Below are positions 22,990 through 36,729 of a DNA stretch of 64,000 nucleotides, one piece after another. The stretch is from contig JAYWIR010000005.1 in NCBI GenBank assembly GCA_036172245.1, positions 2,480,001 to 2,544,000 of the forward strand, written 5' to 3'. Under the pieces are notes generated by a model, which worked only from the letters and a program-made list of their open reading frames with translations, was not told the origin of the DNA and searched no databases. The position numbers and the translations under genes are program-made. This stretch comes from Raillietiella orientalis. Taxonomy: Eukaryota. Position 1 is the first letter of the stretch, and the number at the start of each line of letters is the position of its first letter.

Positions 22990-25900
22990 ATTTAAAAGAT
23001 GTTTATGTGTCCTCGTGAACTACGATCGACACCACCGCGAGTGTAAGTGCATAAGAACTGCAATTGGAGTGCGATGAAGTGTCAGTCACAGCTCCTTCCT
23101 TCCTTGCCGCCCTTTGCACTCGAGGGCGCGCAAAGACAGTGAACAGGGACTCTGCCCACCCACCAGTGCAATGCAGCTGAGGACACTCGTTGCCACCGGC
23201 AGCGCCAGGGAGTCCACGGTGGAGGACCTGCGTCCCTTCCGAGCGGCGGCGGCAGTTCACCAGCCCGCCGAGAGGATGCAGCAGGGTGCGCAGGAGAGAC
23301 CAGAGTCGACCCAGCCCATGAAGGTAGCGTCCGGCGAGTGTGCGGCGGCGGCGTCGCCGATGGTTGCCTGCGCGACGGCTAGGCCTACGGGCCCCCCGTT
23401 GCGGGGGACGCGACGCTATCTTGTGAGGCTGCGACGGCGCGGCTGATTTCCTACGCAACAGTGGCGGCGGGTACATCAACCACCCGACCGGCCCAGAAAT
23501 TCGGAAAGCCTAAAACAGGCAAAATCGAGAATATTGACGATCCCATCGTTCGTATCGAACCAAATGTGAAGCCGATAACCTTCAAGACCGGTTCAATTCG
23601 AATTAATATCATCAAAGAGGTCTATTTGGCCTTGTATAAAGAAAATGTCAACTTTGACGGGTGCAGGCAGTTATTCCCAGCACACGGGCTTTACGGTCTA
23701 CACCGACTGCGAACAGCTGACCGAGGTCCTCATCGAGAGGGGAATTAATATTCAGGGAAGGATGTTGCGCGTCATGGGGGACATATCGTACACAACGGTG
23801 TTTCTTGGTAGTGTCTGCATCACCACAAGCAAGCAGGCGGTCGGGTCGTTTCTCGCCAAGTACGGGGAGGTTCTGGAAATGGAATTCCGGAACTACTCTG
23901 GAAAGGTGTTCTCTGGCGATGTGGTTACTTAGATCAAAATTTGCCGGGGGTCGCAGATTCCGGTTCTTGCCCACGTCGATGGGGATTCTCAGAAGGTGTA
24001 CATTCGATACCGACAACAGCCTGTGTTTTGCACTGGGTGCAAGCACTTTGGGCATCGTTTCAGTGCTTACCCCAGGTCTCGGTGTTTCCGCTGCCGGAAA
24101 CAGGGTCACCAGGTGAGAAATTGCAATAAACCAGAGTTCTGCGCATTTTGCAAGGCGCCGGGAACCCGCGAGGTGGTGCTGTCCCGAGTACTCCAACTGG
24201 CGTACTATGCGTGAGCTCTCCCCAGTGAGAATGAAAGTTCAAGCGAAGGTGGCGAAGCCTCGAAAACCTGTGGAGAAACCAAGAAAGGTGGAGGAAGCTG
24301 CCCCAGTTCCGGCGGACGGCTTCGTCGAAATGAGGAAGAAGAGCAAGAGGAGGTTGCTCGTCGAGGAGCAAGAACCCTCCCAGAAGCCCGAACAAGCAGA
24401 AGCAGAGAAAGGCGAAAAAATGGAGATGAATCAATCCACCCCGGCGACACAGGTAACCCTGCAAATAACCAAGAAATTGGTCAAGCTGGTAGAGCAAGTA
24501 CGCCAAGGAGCGACTGCAGAGCAGTAGGAGCAACTCCTGCAACGCATCTGAGAGGTCCAGGAGGACATCAGTCAACTGATTGGGGTGTCGCAGTGTGAAA
24601 AGCTAGAAAACAAGCTTTTCGAGGGCAAGACGAACTACTGCGCCATGGTCAACTTGGAGACCCTCCAGCACAAGACGGTCGCCAAGGCCGAGCGCTCGAC
24701 CGAGGAGACAGATCTCACCGACTTCACCGACAGCGATGCCGGTAGCGAGAAGCTCGCTTCTTCTTCGGGAAAACTGCAACGCTCTCCCCGGCAGAATAAG
24801 CTAAGAAAGAAATCCTCCTGATCACCTCTTCCTTGTTTACCGCCAGGAGAGTTATGATCCCTCCTGGAACATCAATGGACTCACCAACCAGGCAGGAAGA
24901 AAAAGGATTGCACGCAACATCGCGCACTACCACATTGTATGCCTGCGAGAAACCCACGTGATGGGGCAGCAGATCAGCCTGGAATTGGAACGGCGATTAA
25001 ATTCCAAACTGCTTACCAGCGAGGGACTGACGTACACTATGGGTGTGCCGATCTCAATCAAAAACGAGCTCGTCCACACCATCCTGGAAACCTGTCCCGT
25101 TCTTGGTATAATTGTCGCCGTACAGTTCTCCTGGCCCGCAAACGTGCATCTGTTCCTGGTGAACGCTTATGGACCCCACCAACACAACCACTGGTGCTTG
25201 GAGGCACTCCATGAAGCCCTCCGACAGAAGGTCGCACCGAAGGACATCGTTATCATCGTGGGGGATTTCAACATCCCGGACGAAATTATTCCTGGGACGC
25301 CAGAGTCAGGACGGCATATCAACGGCTGTCCGAAGAGTTCAAACTGCTGTGGCTAACAGCCAGCCACAAGCCGATCGACCAGGTCCTCTACAGCTCCGAC
25401 ACAGGGAACCTCATCCTCGGGTTTCGCTACACGCCCCAACTCTGTGTCCGACCACCCGATGATGAGGTTTCCCCTCAGTACTGAGAACCCTCGTCAAAAG
25501 AAGCTATCCAGGGCGGCGCTCATCAGCATGCCCACCTGGTTCGCAACGCTTCCCTACCACCATCAGCTTATGGACGCCATTCTGCCGAGGACCATCATCA
25601 GCAGATTCGCCGACTGGGATAGCTTGAAACAGCGAGTCCACCTCTTCTGCAACATGCAGTTCGGTGACAAGAGATTGAGGTAGGAAGCGTACCGGAAGCT
25701 GAACATCTGAGATCGCTCCCTCCCGAAGTACTGGCATCAGGACGAGAGTCGGTTCGTCTTCCAAAACATCAAGAGACAAATCGGCGTGCTGGAGAAGAAG
25801 AACCTGGCAACAGATATATTCTGTATCTAGTACGAAGGTCAAGCCAAGCACACGTCGGAGGATATCACTGAAGCCTTCCAAAGGCACTAGGTGGAACACT

Positions 25901-27290
25901 TCCGACGCAGGCATCTGTGCAAATCCTACCAAAGTAGTTTTTTAAAACATCTGGAAAGAGGAGTTGATGAAAAGAATAGAAAGATGCTGGAAGACGAAAT
26001 TTCCTAGGAAAAAGTGAAAGCTGCGTCCAAAGAAATTCACAAGACTGTGGTAGCGGACCCTGATAGTGTTCCTATCTCACACTATCAACGGTTCCTGCAT
26101 GCCTGTTAGTGTTTGTTTTACCAGCTGACCCGAAGCATCAGGGAAGAAGGACGACTACCACAATCCTTCTACGAGAGTAGGATGAGATTGCTGCCAAGAG
26201 GAGATGACCTAACGCAGGTCAACCAATGAAGGTGAATTTCGATCCTCAACTCCGATGCCAAGTGGTTGACGAAGATCTGGGCCAACCGCTTATGCAAGGT
26301 CATGCCGAAGCTGATCTCTCCGTTCCAATCATGTGCGGTGCCTAGACGCCACGTGTCGGACAATGTCAAGTTTGCCGAAGCTACGTTTGGACTCAGCCGA
26401 CATATCGGCGAGAACTTGGTACTGCGCTTCACTGACATGGAGAAAGCTTTCGATACAGTGGACCACGGGATGCTGCTGAAGATTCTAGGAAAACTGAGAC
26501 TCCCGGAATACTTCGGAAACTTCGTGAAGATGGTACTCAAAACACAAAATTTCCGCATTAAGATTAATGGTGAAATGATAACTGCGATCCGGATGGAACG
26601 CGGAGTTCTCCAGGGCGATGCTCTGAGTCCGATGCTGTTTGTCATTTACATGAAGACCCTCTCGTCGCTCATCGAGAGAAGTAAATAACTCAACTGAAAA
26701 ACAATGGATACACCAAAGCACACCCATCTAGCCTACGCAGATCTTCCTAAAATAGGAGAAAAATCAGCGATGGTTTCTGCTTGTGGTGGAGCAAATGGAA
26801 CAAGAAATGGGCTTAAGAATCAATGTCCAAAAAAGTCAGCATTTGCCCGTCGGAATCCTGAACCTCCCTACTCTTACAAAGGAAGGTTTCCGCACAGTGG
26901 ATCAAGTGAAATACCTGGGTGTCCACATTGGCGAAGCACCAGCATCTCAATTACTGTGGAAAGAAATTCTGGGGAAAGCAGCAGCAGAAGCAGCGAAGTA
27001 TAACCGATAGGACTTTAACATGAAGAACAGAGATAATCTTTGGAACGGAGTATTCCTTCCGAAGATACTCTTTCGAGCGACCTTCTACAGAGTGTTCAAA
27101 ATTACCAAGAGAGAGATACAAAAGCTTCAGAAGACCCTTTGAGGAGGATACCAAACGAGAGTATGCCTGAAACCACTATGTCGCCCTAAGAAAGAAAGTG
27201 GGACCGAGATGAAGTCTCCTGCACACATCGTGGACATCTTGGACTTGCGACAAATCCTGGACATGTCTTCCAATTAGGACGACTGACCGT
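22990..27290 (+). mobile_element. Degenerate L1/Tx1-like element C1 (family C), 3'-truncated
   Basis: Collinear homolog of C2: KFGKP, CTGCKHFGH, GDFN, SDHP, DMEKAFD, QGDALSP. Many stops and frameshifts. Confidence 0.9.
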
Positions 27291-27329
27291 GCGCAGTGCT
27301 CAGGGTGCACTCGCTGTTTTCCTGTACGC

Positions 27330-29100
27330 TGTTGTCTCGCTGTCGCGTGCGCTTATTCCTAAACTATCTAGAAACAGAGTTCCCGGACAAAAGACACAGA
27401 AGAAACGAAGGGGGCGATCACCGACACGCAGGTCGGTAAACCAAAAGTCCGGAAGGGGAGGGAGGAGACCACAAATAAACACATAAAAAATAAAAATAAA
27501 CATATGGGAGGGCAAAGGACAGGGGTCTTTGGTTTATCCGTTCGTTTCCTTCAGAACCGGCTATGGATGCCGGTAATCTCGCTCCTAACGTCCTCTGGAA
27601 GAGGAGCCCACTCGGTAGCCGACGACATGCTATTCCGGTGGTGTGTGGACGAATCGCCAGCTTCTCTAGCTCTCAAAGGGCCTTGTCGATGGCGCATCAA
27701 GTCTCTTGAGGTGTCTCCCTGGTACAGGAGAGCTGAGCTGAGGCCAGTCCCCGCCACAGTCCTTGGAGGACACCGCAGTCCAAGAGCAGTTGCGGGAGCG
27801 TTTCCACGTCTCCGCACCGTTTACAGTTCGGGAAGGCAACTCTCACGGAAACACGGTTCGTCCGCTGGTTGGAGTGAAATCCCTAATACACCAGCATGAT
27901 GACGTCCTGTTTCCAGCTCAAAGGAAACACAGAAGTGTTCAAGCAGGAGGAAGGGACCACAAGTTCTTCGGGGGCACACTCAACAGTTCGCTTCACCGCT
28001 GGAGTCCCTTCGTAATGTTGCGAGGCATGGCGGCGTCTGCCAGCTCGAAAGTCCTCCTGCCGCCTATATGTCGGGTTGCCCCTGCGATGGTGAAGGCGAC
28101 CTCCCACATCGCCGATAGGTAGCTGTCATCACTTGCCCTGAAGGATGGCAGCTTGTCGGCGAGGGGAATGGCGGCCAGGCGAGTCCACTTCTGGCTATTC
28201 CAGACCTCATCCACCGTACTGCACGAGGAGAGGTTGGTGCAACGGAGTTCCAAGAGGGTAACATCCTGTTGCTTTGCCCAGTCATGCAACGATTCCTGCC
28301 TCCAGACGTCAAAGTTCGTTGGGCGGCAGGAGATCCATGAGTGCGCTACTAGGAGCCGGTGAAGCGGTTTCATCGGGAAACCGAAGCTTCTCGTGGCGTG
28401 CTCCGTATGCAGCTGAAGCGATTAAAGGCCATTGCTGTCGGTGCAGCTCCGGAGGAGCAGGCGCGCGGGATCACACTAAGGAGTACACCAAAGGTTGGCG
28501 TACAGGGCCAACATTCGAAGCTGCACCTGCAGCTCGATTCTCTCCAGAGTCAGGATGCCGCTTGGGCACCCGAACGCAGAGCCGCCAAGTCTTTAAGGCA
28601 GATCCTGGACCTCGCGGGTTCCCTCAGAGCGTTTCTCAACAGGCTTTGCGCCTTGGCCGAGTAGGAAGTCGGACAAACAAAAAGCAGGGGGCGTAAGTGG
28701 GGGGCTATGAAGGTGTTCGATACGGTGGCCTGGTTCGGCAGGAGGAACCCAGCTAGGTGGAACGGGATTGAAACACTCGTAGCTTTCCGAAGGTAGTCCG
28801 ACCACGCTTCCACTGGGCTGATGTTCCCAGCGGTACGCCCAAGTATCGCAAACACGTAGCGGTCGGTATCCCTAAGAGGATCCGGTCGGACTGCCCCTCT
28901 TACGCCGCACCAATAGAAATGACCACGCTCTTGCTCCGGTTTACGCTCATGTCCGCTACCCGGCGAATCAGTTCGAAGAAATCCTCGAAAGTGGACGCCG
29001 GGGTGGTCTTGGATAAAAGGAGAAGCAGGTCATTGACATAGGCCATCACGGATGGCGTACGTGGACAAGAGATCGGCAGGCTGGCCAGCGTCAGCCTGTT
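27330..29100 (-). mobile_element. 3' part of Tx1-like element D1 (late RT, Zn finger, 3'UTR)
   Basis: FIAPHLRPLLFVCP, CGDVETLPQLL-like finger, T-rich 3'UTR with CTGCG hairpin. Confidence 0.85.
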
Positions 29101-32100
29101 CGCTATTTGCTATTTTCCAACAACAAAAAGACTCATTCCAACCTTTGCCTGCCGAAATTCTCACACTGACTGATTCTTCCATCCCTGTGCAACTGGAAAC
29201 AGATCACAATGCCCAATCACCCCTGGATTCTCGTCAAATGAAATCTACTCTGCCCTCTTCATCACCGACATTTGCTGATGTCGTGGAAAATCAGCCTCGC
29301 GTGATGGTCACGAAAACTCACGTCCCTAATGCGTCTTCTCAGCCCCCCTCACTCATCACCCAAACCACTTTTACCATAAGCTGCAGTACATCTCCCGTTA
29401 AAATGCGATCCCTCGGGAAGATTCCTGTAAAGTCTTTAAGCCTATACCCTGTAGAGAATGCTCCATTCATCATGTACAGCAACGCACAATCAATTTCTGT
29501 TCCAATACTTGACAGAAAAGACAACCCATTACCTCCTACCTCATAACCATTATATACTGCCGCTCCCTGGTCCCTTAAATCTATACAGCGCACAGGACCC
29601 TCTACAAAGCACAACCACAATTTAGTAGCATCTAGATTCCGTTGATCTCATCGTCAGTGTGTAAAAACTTCGCCTCTCGATCACGCCCTTGCTACCTCTA
29701 TTGTACCTTCACCCCCCACTTCCCATCCTACTACCCCCCGCTTACGGACGTTACACACCCGCCTATAGCCGAAAACGCTGTACCTATTGCATCTAACAAC
29801 GTATTTTTAGTGCGATTTTCCATATCCCGTACCCTAAGCTGCATAATACCTTCCTGTCCCTGGCGAACACAAACTCTCGATGCCAGTTACCCGCTTCGGC
29901 CTCTCAAACGTCACTTAAGCACTGCACACAAGCTACCTTTTCGCAAACACAAGTTGCTCTGTAGGAAATGCAACTCGGATATCTCCCATCCTACACACCA
30001 CCACCCATGCTTTAAACACATCGCTCCCCCACAGCTTCCCGTGGCACTTCTTTTCTTCCAATGCAGCATTCCCAACGGTAAAGCCACTTTTCCCTCAATG
30101 CATGAATTACACAATCATACTTGCTGGCACATGCGACTGCAAAATTAACACAAGAACCCACTTCCTACACCACGTGCTCGTCCTTTGTCAGTCATATTTA
30201 ACCGTTTTGCTGCAATAGCAACACACCAACCCGTTACACCTACAGCCCTAGAAATGACGGATCCATTGCCCACAGCAAACTGTGTTTTGACAGCTTCTGA
30301 ACCTCCAAGAGTACAATCACCATCCCTTGTTTCCCAAACCTCACAACAGGACGCGCCACTCATACATCTAACTCCCCCGTATCCTTTGCGCTCATCCAAT
30401 GAACCTGCAGCCAGTAACCCTGAAGTACAACAGTTACTGCCAAATTTTCAGCATATACTACACACAAACACACATTCTGTGCTCAGAGCTTACACCCCGA
30501 ATCTCACATCTCTCCTAACCCAATTAAAGTCTAACGACAATTGGCGATGTACCATTGACATCCTCAACAAAGTCATGAATACGATGACTTCTACATTTAA
30601 CATACGTTCCTTCAAGCCTTCCAGAAGACCCGCTGTATCCTGCAATGTTTTTTGTCTAACCACACCAAGGCATCTCCAAACCTTGTATCGATGCAACAGA
30701 AAGCGAACCATCCGCACTCTTCTGCACCCAACTCCCATCGAATTCAACGGCTCTATATCGAAAGTGGAAACCATCTCCATTGAGAAATTCTCAGCAAAGA
30801 ATATTAACACCGAAATTCTTCAGAAAAGCTCTTTAACTCCAGCTTATTGGGAATTTAATTACACGATCATTACCCCTCAGGAAGTTGTGTTCACATTACG
30901 GAACGCTCAGGACACTGTCCCTGAAAATGATGCAATCACCTACTCCCTCCTAAAAGCTGATCCAGACGGATCTTGTCTTGCCGCCCTTTACAATGTTTGT
31001 ATTCTCCACCTGCGAATTCCTAAAGACTGGAAGAGTTCTCTTACAGTTCTATTCCCAAAATCTGAAGCAACTGACCCCATGGACGTAACACAATTCCGTC
31101 CCATCGCCATCTCCAATACCATGGGCACACTGTTCTGCAAAATCCTCGCGAAACGGTTGCGAACCCGGATCCTCAATAATGGCATCCTTGGACATCATCA
31201 GAAGGTGATCTTATGAAGGTGTTTTAAAAGAGAAGTTTGTCCTGACCACCCTAGTCGAGCGCTCTTGGGTCCACCACAATGACATTGCCATCGCTTGGAC
31301 AAGTTTTAAAGACGCGTTTTCCTCCATCCCCCACCAGCGCATCCTAGACACGTTGACTTTACTAGGGGCTGGTCATCAATTTCATGGTCTCATATCCGAA
31401 ATGTATTCGGAATCTACAACAATTGTAACCTCGGAAGGACCCACCTACCCGATTCCAATCCGTTCCGGAGTACTACAAGGGTGCCCTCTGAGTGGTTTAT
31501 TATTTAACATCGCGCTAGAACCCTTTATCAAAATTCTGAAGCACCACCACACCTCTATCATTCCACTTGCATATGCAGATGATGTTGCACTCATAGCAAG
31601 TTCCATAGACGAGCCTCAACTTGCCATCACCACATTTGCAGATGCAACCCGTGCTGCAAAGTTACAAATCAACCCCAATAAATGCGGCCCGTATCACTAC
31701 GTAGTCTTCCCACCGCATGTGCAAAATACATCGATGAATGGTGCACCAATTCCATCCCTTCCCCCCCGAAAAACGTATAACTATCTAGAAAAACCGATTG
31801 GTTTTCCCCCCTTATGTATGACAGAAACGTAGATACATTCATTATGCGCTTCAAAATTACTGCAGACTTCTCGTTAGCTCCATGGCAGAAACTAGATGCA
31901 ATTAAAACCTGTTTCCTGCTAACTTTAGTACACGACTTACGCCAAGGTACAAAACCCATATCGTCTTGGGCCAAGATCAACAAAATAATACGGAATGAGT
32001 TCAAGCAAGCTATTCTTCTCCTTATTGAAGGCTCAGTCAACGTATACTCTTACGTAAGTATCCGTGATGGATGTCTTGGGATAATGCTCCTCGTTGAAGA

Positions 32101-32290
32101 AGCACGAACCAAGATTGCTGACCCTGCGTTTAAGCTATTTACATGCCCGGATCCCCATGTGACCGATCCTGCCTTCTCTACCCTTTCCGTTGCTGCACGT
32201 AGAAAGGGAAACTCCCACCCGATCTACTCCTGTTTTGAAGGTGAAGTGGCCCCCAGCGTGCTGGAACGATGGCTCCCTTCCCATTAAGTG
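29100..32290 (+). mobile_element. Degenerate Utopia/NeSL-like (R2-group) non-LTR retrotransposon; C-terminal RLE endonuclease not seen
   Basis: N-terminal Zn fingers (CIIPSC...HLSTAH, CRKC...HPC, C...HNHTCWH), LQTLYRCNRKRTIR, FRPIAISNT, GVLQGCPLSGLLFN, LAYADD, LAPWQKLDAIK. A/C-rich composition distinct from its neighbours. Confidence 0.8.
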
Positions 32291-32364
32291 TCAGGAGATG
32301 GCGTTACTCGTTTGGCATTGAAGACTCGCATGCAGAGCGCGCGTCACCCACTGGATACGTGGGA

Positions 32365-35300
32365 GTTTCCACTGGTCATTCCGAAGCGTTTATTAAAAAA
32401 CTATCAAACCTCGTCGCCAACGGGGAGGAGATGGAGTGCCGTCGTTACTGCACCATTCCCGGCTACAGTTGTGGAGAAGACTGCCCACTGCGGCTGCAAA
32501 CTTCGCTGATCTATTAGGTAGGTAGTGTATTTGATGAAAAAATAGGTCAGCAAAGAGACCGGAAAGCCAAAGCGTTCCAGGAGCTCCAGCAGGAGCCTCT
32601 GGTCGACACTGTCTAATGCTTAATGCAAATCGAATGCGATCGCGAGGGCTCCCTTCCCTCCCAGCCATCCTGTTCCCCAACTGCGGATATTCCGGAATTC
32701 CGGTTGCCCATCCTGACCCTTTCCTGTTGGAGCGAGAACCAAGCGCTGGCAAGGAACAGGTTGGCATCCATGCTCCACCCGGGAACAGCATATGTCTGCT
32801 CCGGGCTGAATAAACTTTCCTCCAAGCGCCCCAGGCGTTCAGCCCACAACATCGCAAGCAGCTTGGCGTCCGCGTTTATCACGGTAATCGGGCGCCAGCT
32901 GCTTATCCTGCCTCTCAAGCCTTTCGATGGCCGAGATGAACTCGGCTATCGTGAAAGGCTCGTCGAAACTCCTTCTGTCCTCCTCCTCGATAGCCGGAGC
33001 GCCTTTCGGAAGCAGAAGTCGCAAGGCATTTTGTTCGCGCGTATAAGGAGGAGTAGAACATTCGCAAGATACCTTCCACCTGTGCGTAGGCCAAGTTCTC
33101 CGAGCCCTGGTGGTCCAACAAGCTGGCCGACCCGGATTGCCATGCTTGCCTCTCGGCTCCCGCACGGTATTCGGCTAGCCTGCGTACGTCAGGAGTTCGC
33201 GAGTAACGTAGAGATTGTAAATACCATCTCTCGTTACGCACGCTTTCACCAAACCCGGCTGGCAGGAGGTTCATAGAGAACTCGTCGCAAAAATCCCGGA
33301 CCGAGCGCTTGAAGCGGTCCCAGTCCTGAAGCGTCTGCAAGCTGAAACCTCGTATGAATCCGCAGAGATGCTCCACGGCTTCCGGAAGTTTCAGCCAGTC
33401 CCCTGGTAAGCGCCACGCAGATGACGGGGGACCTCTGTCGCGTGGGCGCACCTCGAGCACTAACCGGTCATGGTCCGACAGTTCCGACGGTAACTTGCCG
33501 CGCCTGCCCACGCGGAAACATAGATGCCGGTCAAGAAACACGTGATCGATGCTGTTGGCCATTTTTGGATCTTCTGTGAACAAGGTGCGCGTGTGCATCT
33601 CTGCGCACAGCTCGTTCACGCGGTCCCGAAGTGTGTCGGACGCACCTGACAGCAGGCGCAGGTTAAAGTCACCTGCGATTAGGTGCGCTTTGCGCACTCC
33701 CGCTTCGTCCAGATATTTGCTCCTCAGGGTAAGGAAGAAATCTCTCCTTGCCTTTGCCCTTAGCGCGTCGCTGCCGCTTGGGGAGTACACGTTGGTAATG
33801 ACCAGATCGATGGAGTCGGACCACCTGATGGTCATCCGGCCGACGCGACCGGCACTATCGAACCGTACGCCCTTTGTTGCGGCCTCGACAGCTGGACGAA
33901 GCAGGAACGCGACACCGCAAGATTTAACGGTGCCGCAATGCCAAGCAGCCGTCCACCGGAGATACGCTCGATGTCCGTTGCATCGTCTGCGGAGATGACG
34001 TGGATCTCCTGCAAAGCACCAGACCGAACGATGCCAGGGTGGCGGTTACGTCTCCACTCTTGCTGTCGTCGCTTAGCCCGTTGAATTTCTAACAGGCAAT
34101 TCGCAAACGGCGGCAAGAGGCGATTCCCGGCATTAAGGCTGGGAACATGGCGTTGTAGCACCTGTCAAGAGACATGTGGGAGGGATAAGCAAAGGGATCG
34201 CGGACATCGCAGGCATCTGAAGCACCTGGGGCACAGACTCCACCCTTCCCATCCCTCCGGGGTCGCAGCGTAAGGTTACCACTAGAGGCGAGTCCCTGGA
34301 GTTCCCCACGTTCTTCGCACTCTCGTTTCCCCCGATTATCTCTTCCTTTTGAATTGAAGAGATAATCCTGTGGGTCGCCTCCGTCATGAGACTAGGGTGC
34401 GTACGGGGAACAGCGATGCCGCAGCCTATGTTTTCCGCCTCCGCGATGCAGTCCGAATTCTGCGACTTTTTGGAGTTCGGACGCCTTAAGGCCTTTTTTG
34501 CGCCTTTAGGGGGACGAGGCAGGGCCGCTGCAGGGACGAAGCGAGCTCTTCTGCCGCTCACATAAAGGCGACGTCATCGAGCATGCGCTAGAAGACAGAC
34601 GCCACCACCGGGCCGATAGCCTCCGTGTTTACATTGACGAAGGGTTGAGAGTTGGCAGCGACGAGTTCGGTTTTGCCGACCACCATGTCTGTTCGACCAG
34701 AGGAATGTGCTCGATGACGATAGAGCACCGTTTGATTTTTTCGCGACGCGTCAAATTTTCGCTGCGCTTCGCGATGCTATTTGTTTTATTTTTTTCCTCG
34801 AGGTTTTTCTGCCTCTTGGACTGTACCACCTGCCATCCTGGTTCCTGGCCGTTCTGCTCAATCTTGTCCGCGTTTTCCGTCGGGCTCTCGTGGCTGACCT
34901 TCATCTGGGGCACGATAGCTTCTTCTTTAGCGGTGGCCAGCGCTCGCGCTGCTAAAATTCTTAGTTTTTTTGCCGTGCGCTTCTTCGCATTCCGTGCAGA
35001 CGCTACGCGGAATTGATTTTGCGGGCACACCGGACTTGTGTGCCCGGGTTGCTTGCATTGCTTGAACTGCAAGTAGGGGCACCTGTTTTACAGGTGACCT
35101 GAAGTGCTGCAATACCCGCAGAAATGCGGCATCCCAACATACCAAAGGTCAACGGGCTCGCTGTCGACCTCCAGCTTGTTGTGTAATGTATAGCCCCCGC
35201 GGACTGTTATCAGGGCGGCTGCCAGACTGCATGCGAACCGGCGGTAATCCGAAAACGAAGTCAGCCTCTTTCTCCATCATCATCTTCATTGCTTTTGGAC

Positions 35301-35872
35301 AGCCTCTTTCTCCATCTGAAAAGTGATACCGAGGTGGTGGATCTAGGTGGATCTATCCTTTGTGATGCGGAGGAGCTTGTGATTGCCCAAAGAAACAGGT
35401 GTACGGAGCAGACGCTGGGAATGACTTGCTTCTTCGCAAATCACTTCCACGTACTGTCCATCGCTCCTGATGGTCATCGCGAGAAGCTCTTCCTCCGAAA
35501 CTTTCAGAGAGTGTATCGCTTTCGAGGAAGCGCGCGCCCTATCGAACGAATAAAGGTTGCCTACCTTGTAGAGCAGGAGGGGATTGTAACCCTCCTTCAG
35601 GAAGGCCTTGAGCTCAGCCGCAGCCACCGGCGATGGCGCCGGAGCCACGGAACTCCAACTTCATGCCAAAGCAGAAGACGCTACTGGGGGGGGCGGTTGC
35701 ACCCATATCCATTCATTCTGAAGGCGACATAGACATAGCCCCCTCCGTATCAGTGGTGGTGGTCTCAGGCATTGCATCCTACTTATCACCAAATCCACTG
35801 GCACACCAGAAAAAGGGAAAACCGCAATTGGTTTACGAGCAAAATAAACACCCGTCCGCTCTCGCTCGCTAC
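32365..35872 (-). mobile_element. Tx1/L1-like element E4 (5' end, ORF1, APE, partial RT; probable 3'UTR at 32365-32520 after an internal deletion)
   Basis: 5' AGCGGACGGGTG motif. ORF1 GYNPLLLYKVG. TAATG junction at 34131-34135. APE at 32915-33835. AATAAACGCTTCGG...GGAAA terminus near 32370-32395. Confidence 0.85.
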
Positions 35873-36475
35873 TCACACGGTTGCGCAGGGGAGTTTATTC
35901 TTTCGAATAAAACGTGACACTGTGGCTAACCTGGTGGTCAAGCCAGGCACTAGCAAACAAAATTAAGCCTTCCGAGTCACCGGTTTGCACTCCGGTACGG
36001 TCCACCACCACAGCAGGGGAAGCAGGTACAAAACAAAAAGATATAACAAAAAATAAAAAATTATGTAGAAACAAGATCTGGGAGGCACGTGAAGAAATCA
36101 CAGTCTGCTGCGGGGCCGTTACATGCTATCTAGGATGCCAATAAGCCGTTTTTGGATTTGCAAATCCAGATGGGCCATCCTGTTGCCGTCCTCATAAATT
36201 CGGCTGCGCATTGGAGAGCACCCTTATCACTTGAACCTCCCGTTGCCTTGTTCCAAGCAGCGACGATCCCGCAAAAGCTGCACAGGGCTGCTAACGAGGT
36301 CACAGGCCGAATCGCATCGTAAAGGAAGAGGGGTCTAATTGCGTCTCTGGTGTTGCCACAGGGGATACCGATTGCCGCGGCGAAGCGGTTCCAAAGGGGC
36401 CGAAGAGCAACGCAATCCATAAGAAGTTGGGTGAGGGACTCCCGTTCCTCACAGTTTACACAGTTGGGATTGAAC
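35873..36475 (-). mobile_element. 3' fragment E5 (Zn finger and 3'UTR), head-to-tail with E4
   Basis: NPNCVNCEERESL..DCVALRPLW. 3'UTR hairpins and AATAAAC terminus. Confidence 0.85.
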
Positions 36476-36484
36476 GTATTCCAG

Positions 36485-36720
36485 GTTTTTCACAAAGGTG
36501 AGCCGGAGCTTTTATTACTAAAATTTCTTACTAAGGAAAAAATTCTGTAATAAAGTCAATATTTTTTCAACAATGTTTCTCTTTTTGTCAGCACAGTAGG
36601 AAATTCTGTTTTGTGGCACTTGTCCTTACCAACCCGCAGGCCGAGAAGTTCCTACACACTGGCGCAGGGGCGGGAAAAATCAAAAAATAAGAAATAAAGC
36701 AAAAAAAAAAATAACACACA
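36485..36720 (-). repeat. E6: diverged tandem duplicate of the E7 3'UTR
   Basis: Aligns with 36730-36960 (ggcacttgtccttacc.acccgcaggccga, ttttattactaaaattt). Confidence 0.85.
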
Positions 36721-36729
36721 TTCCCGAGG

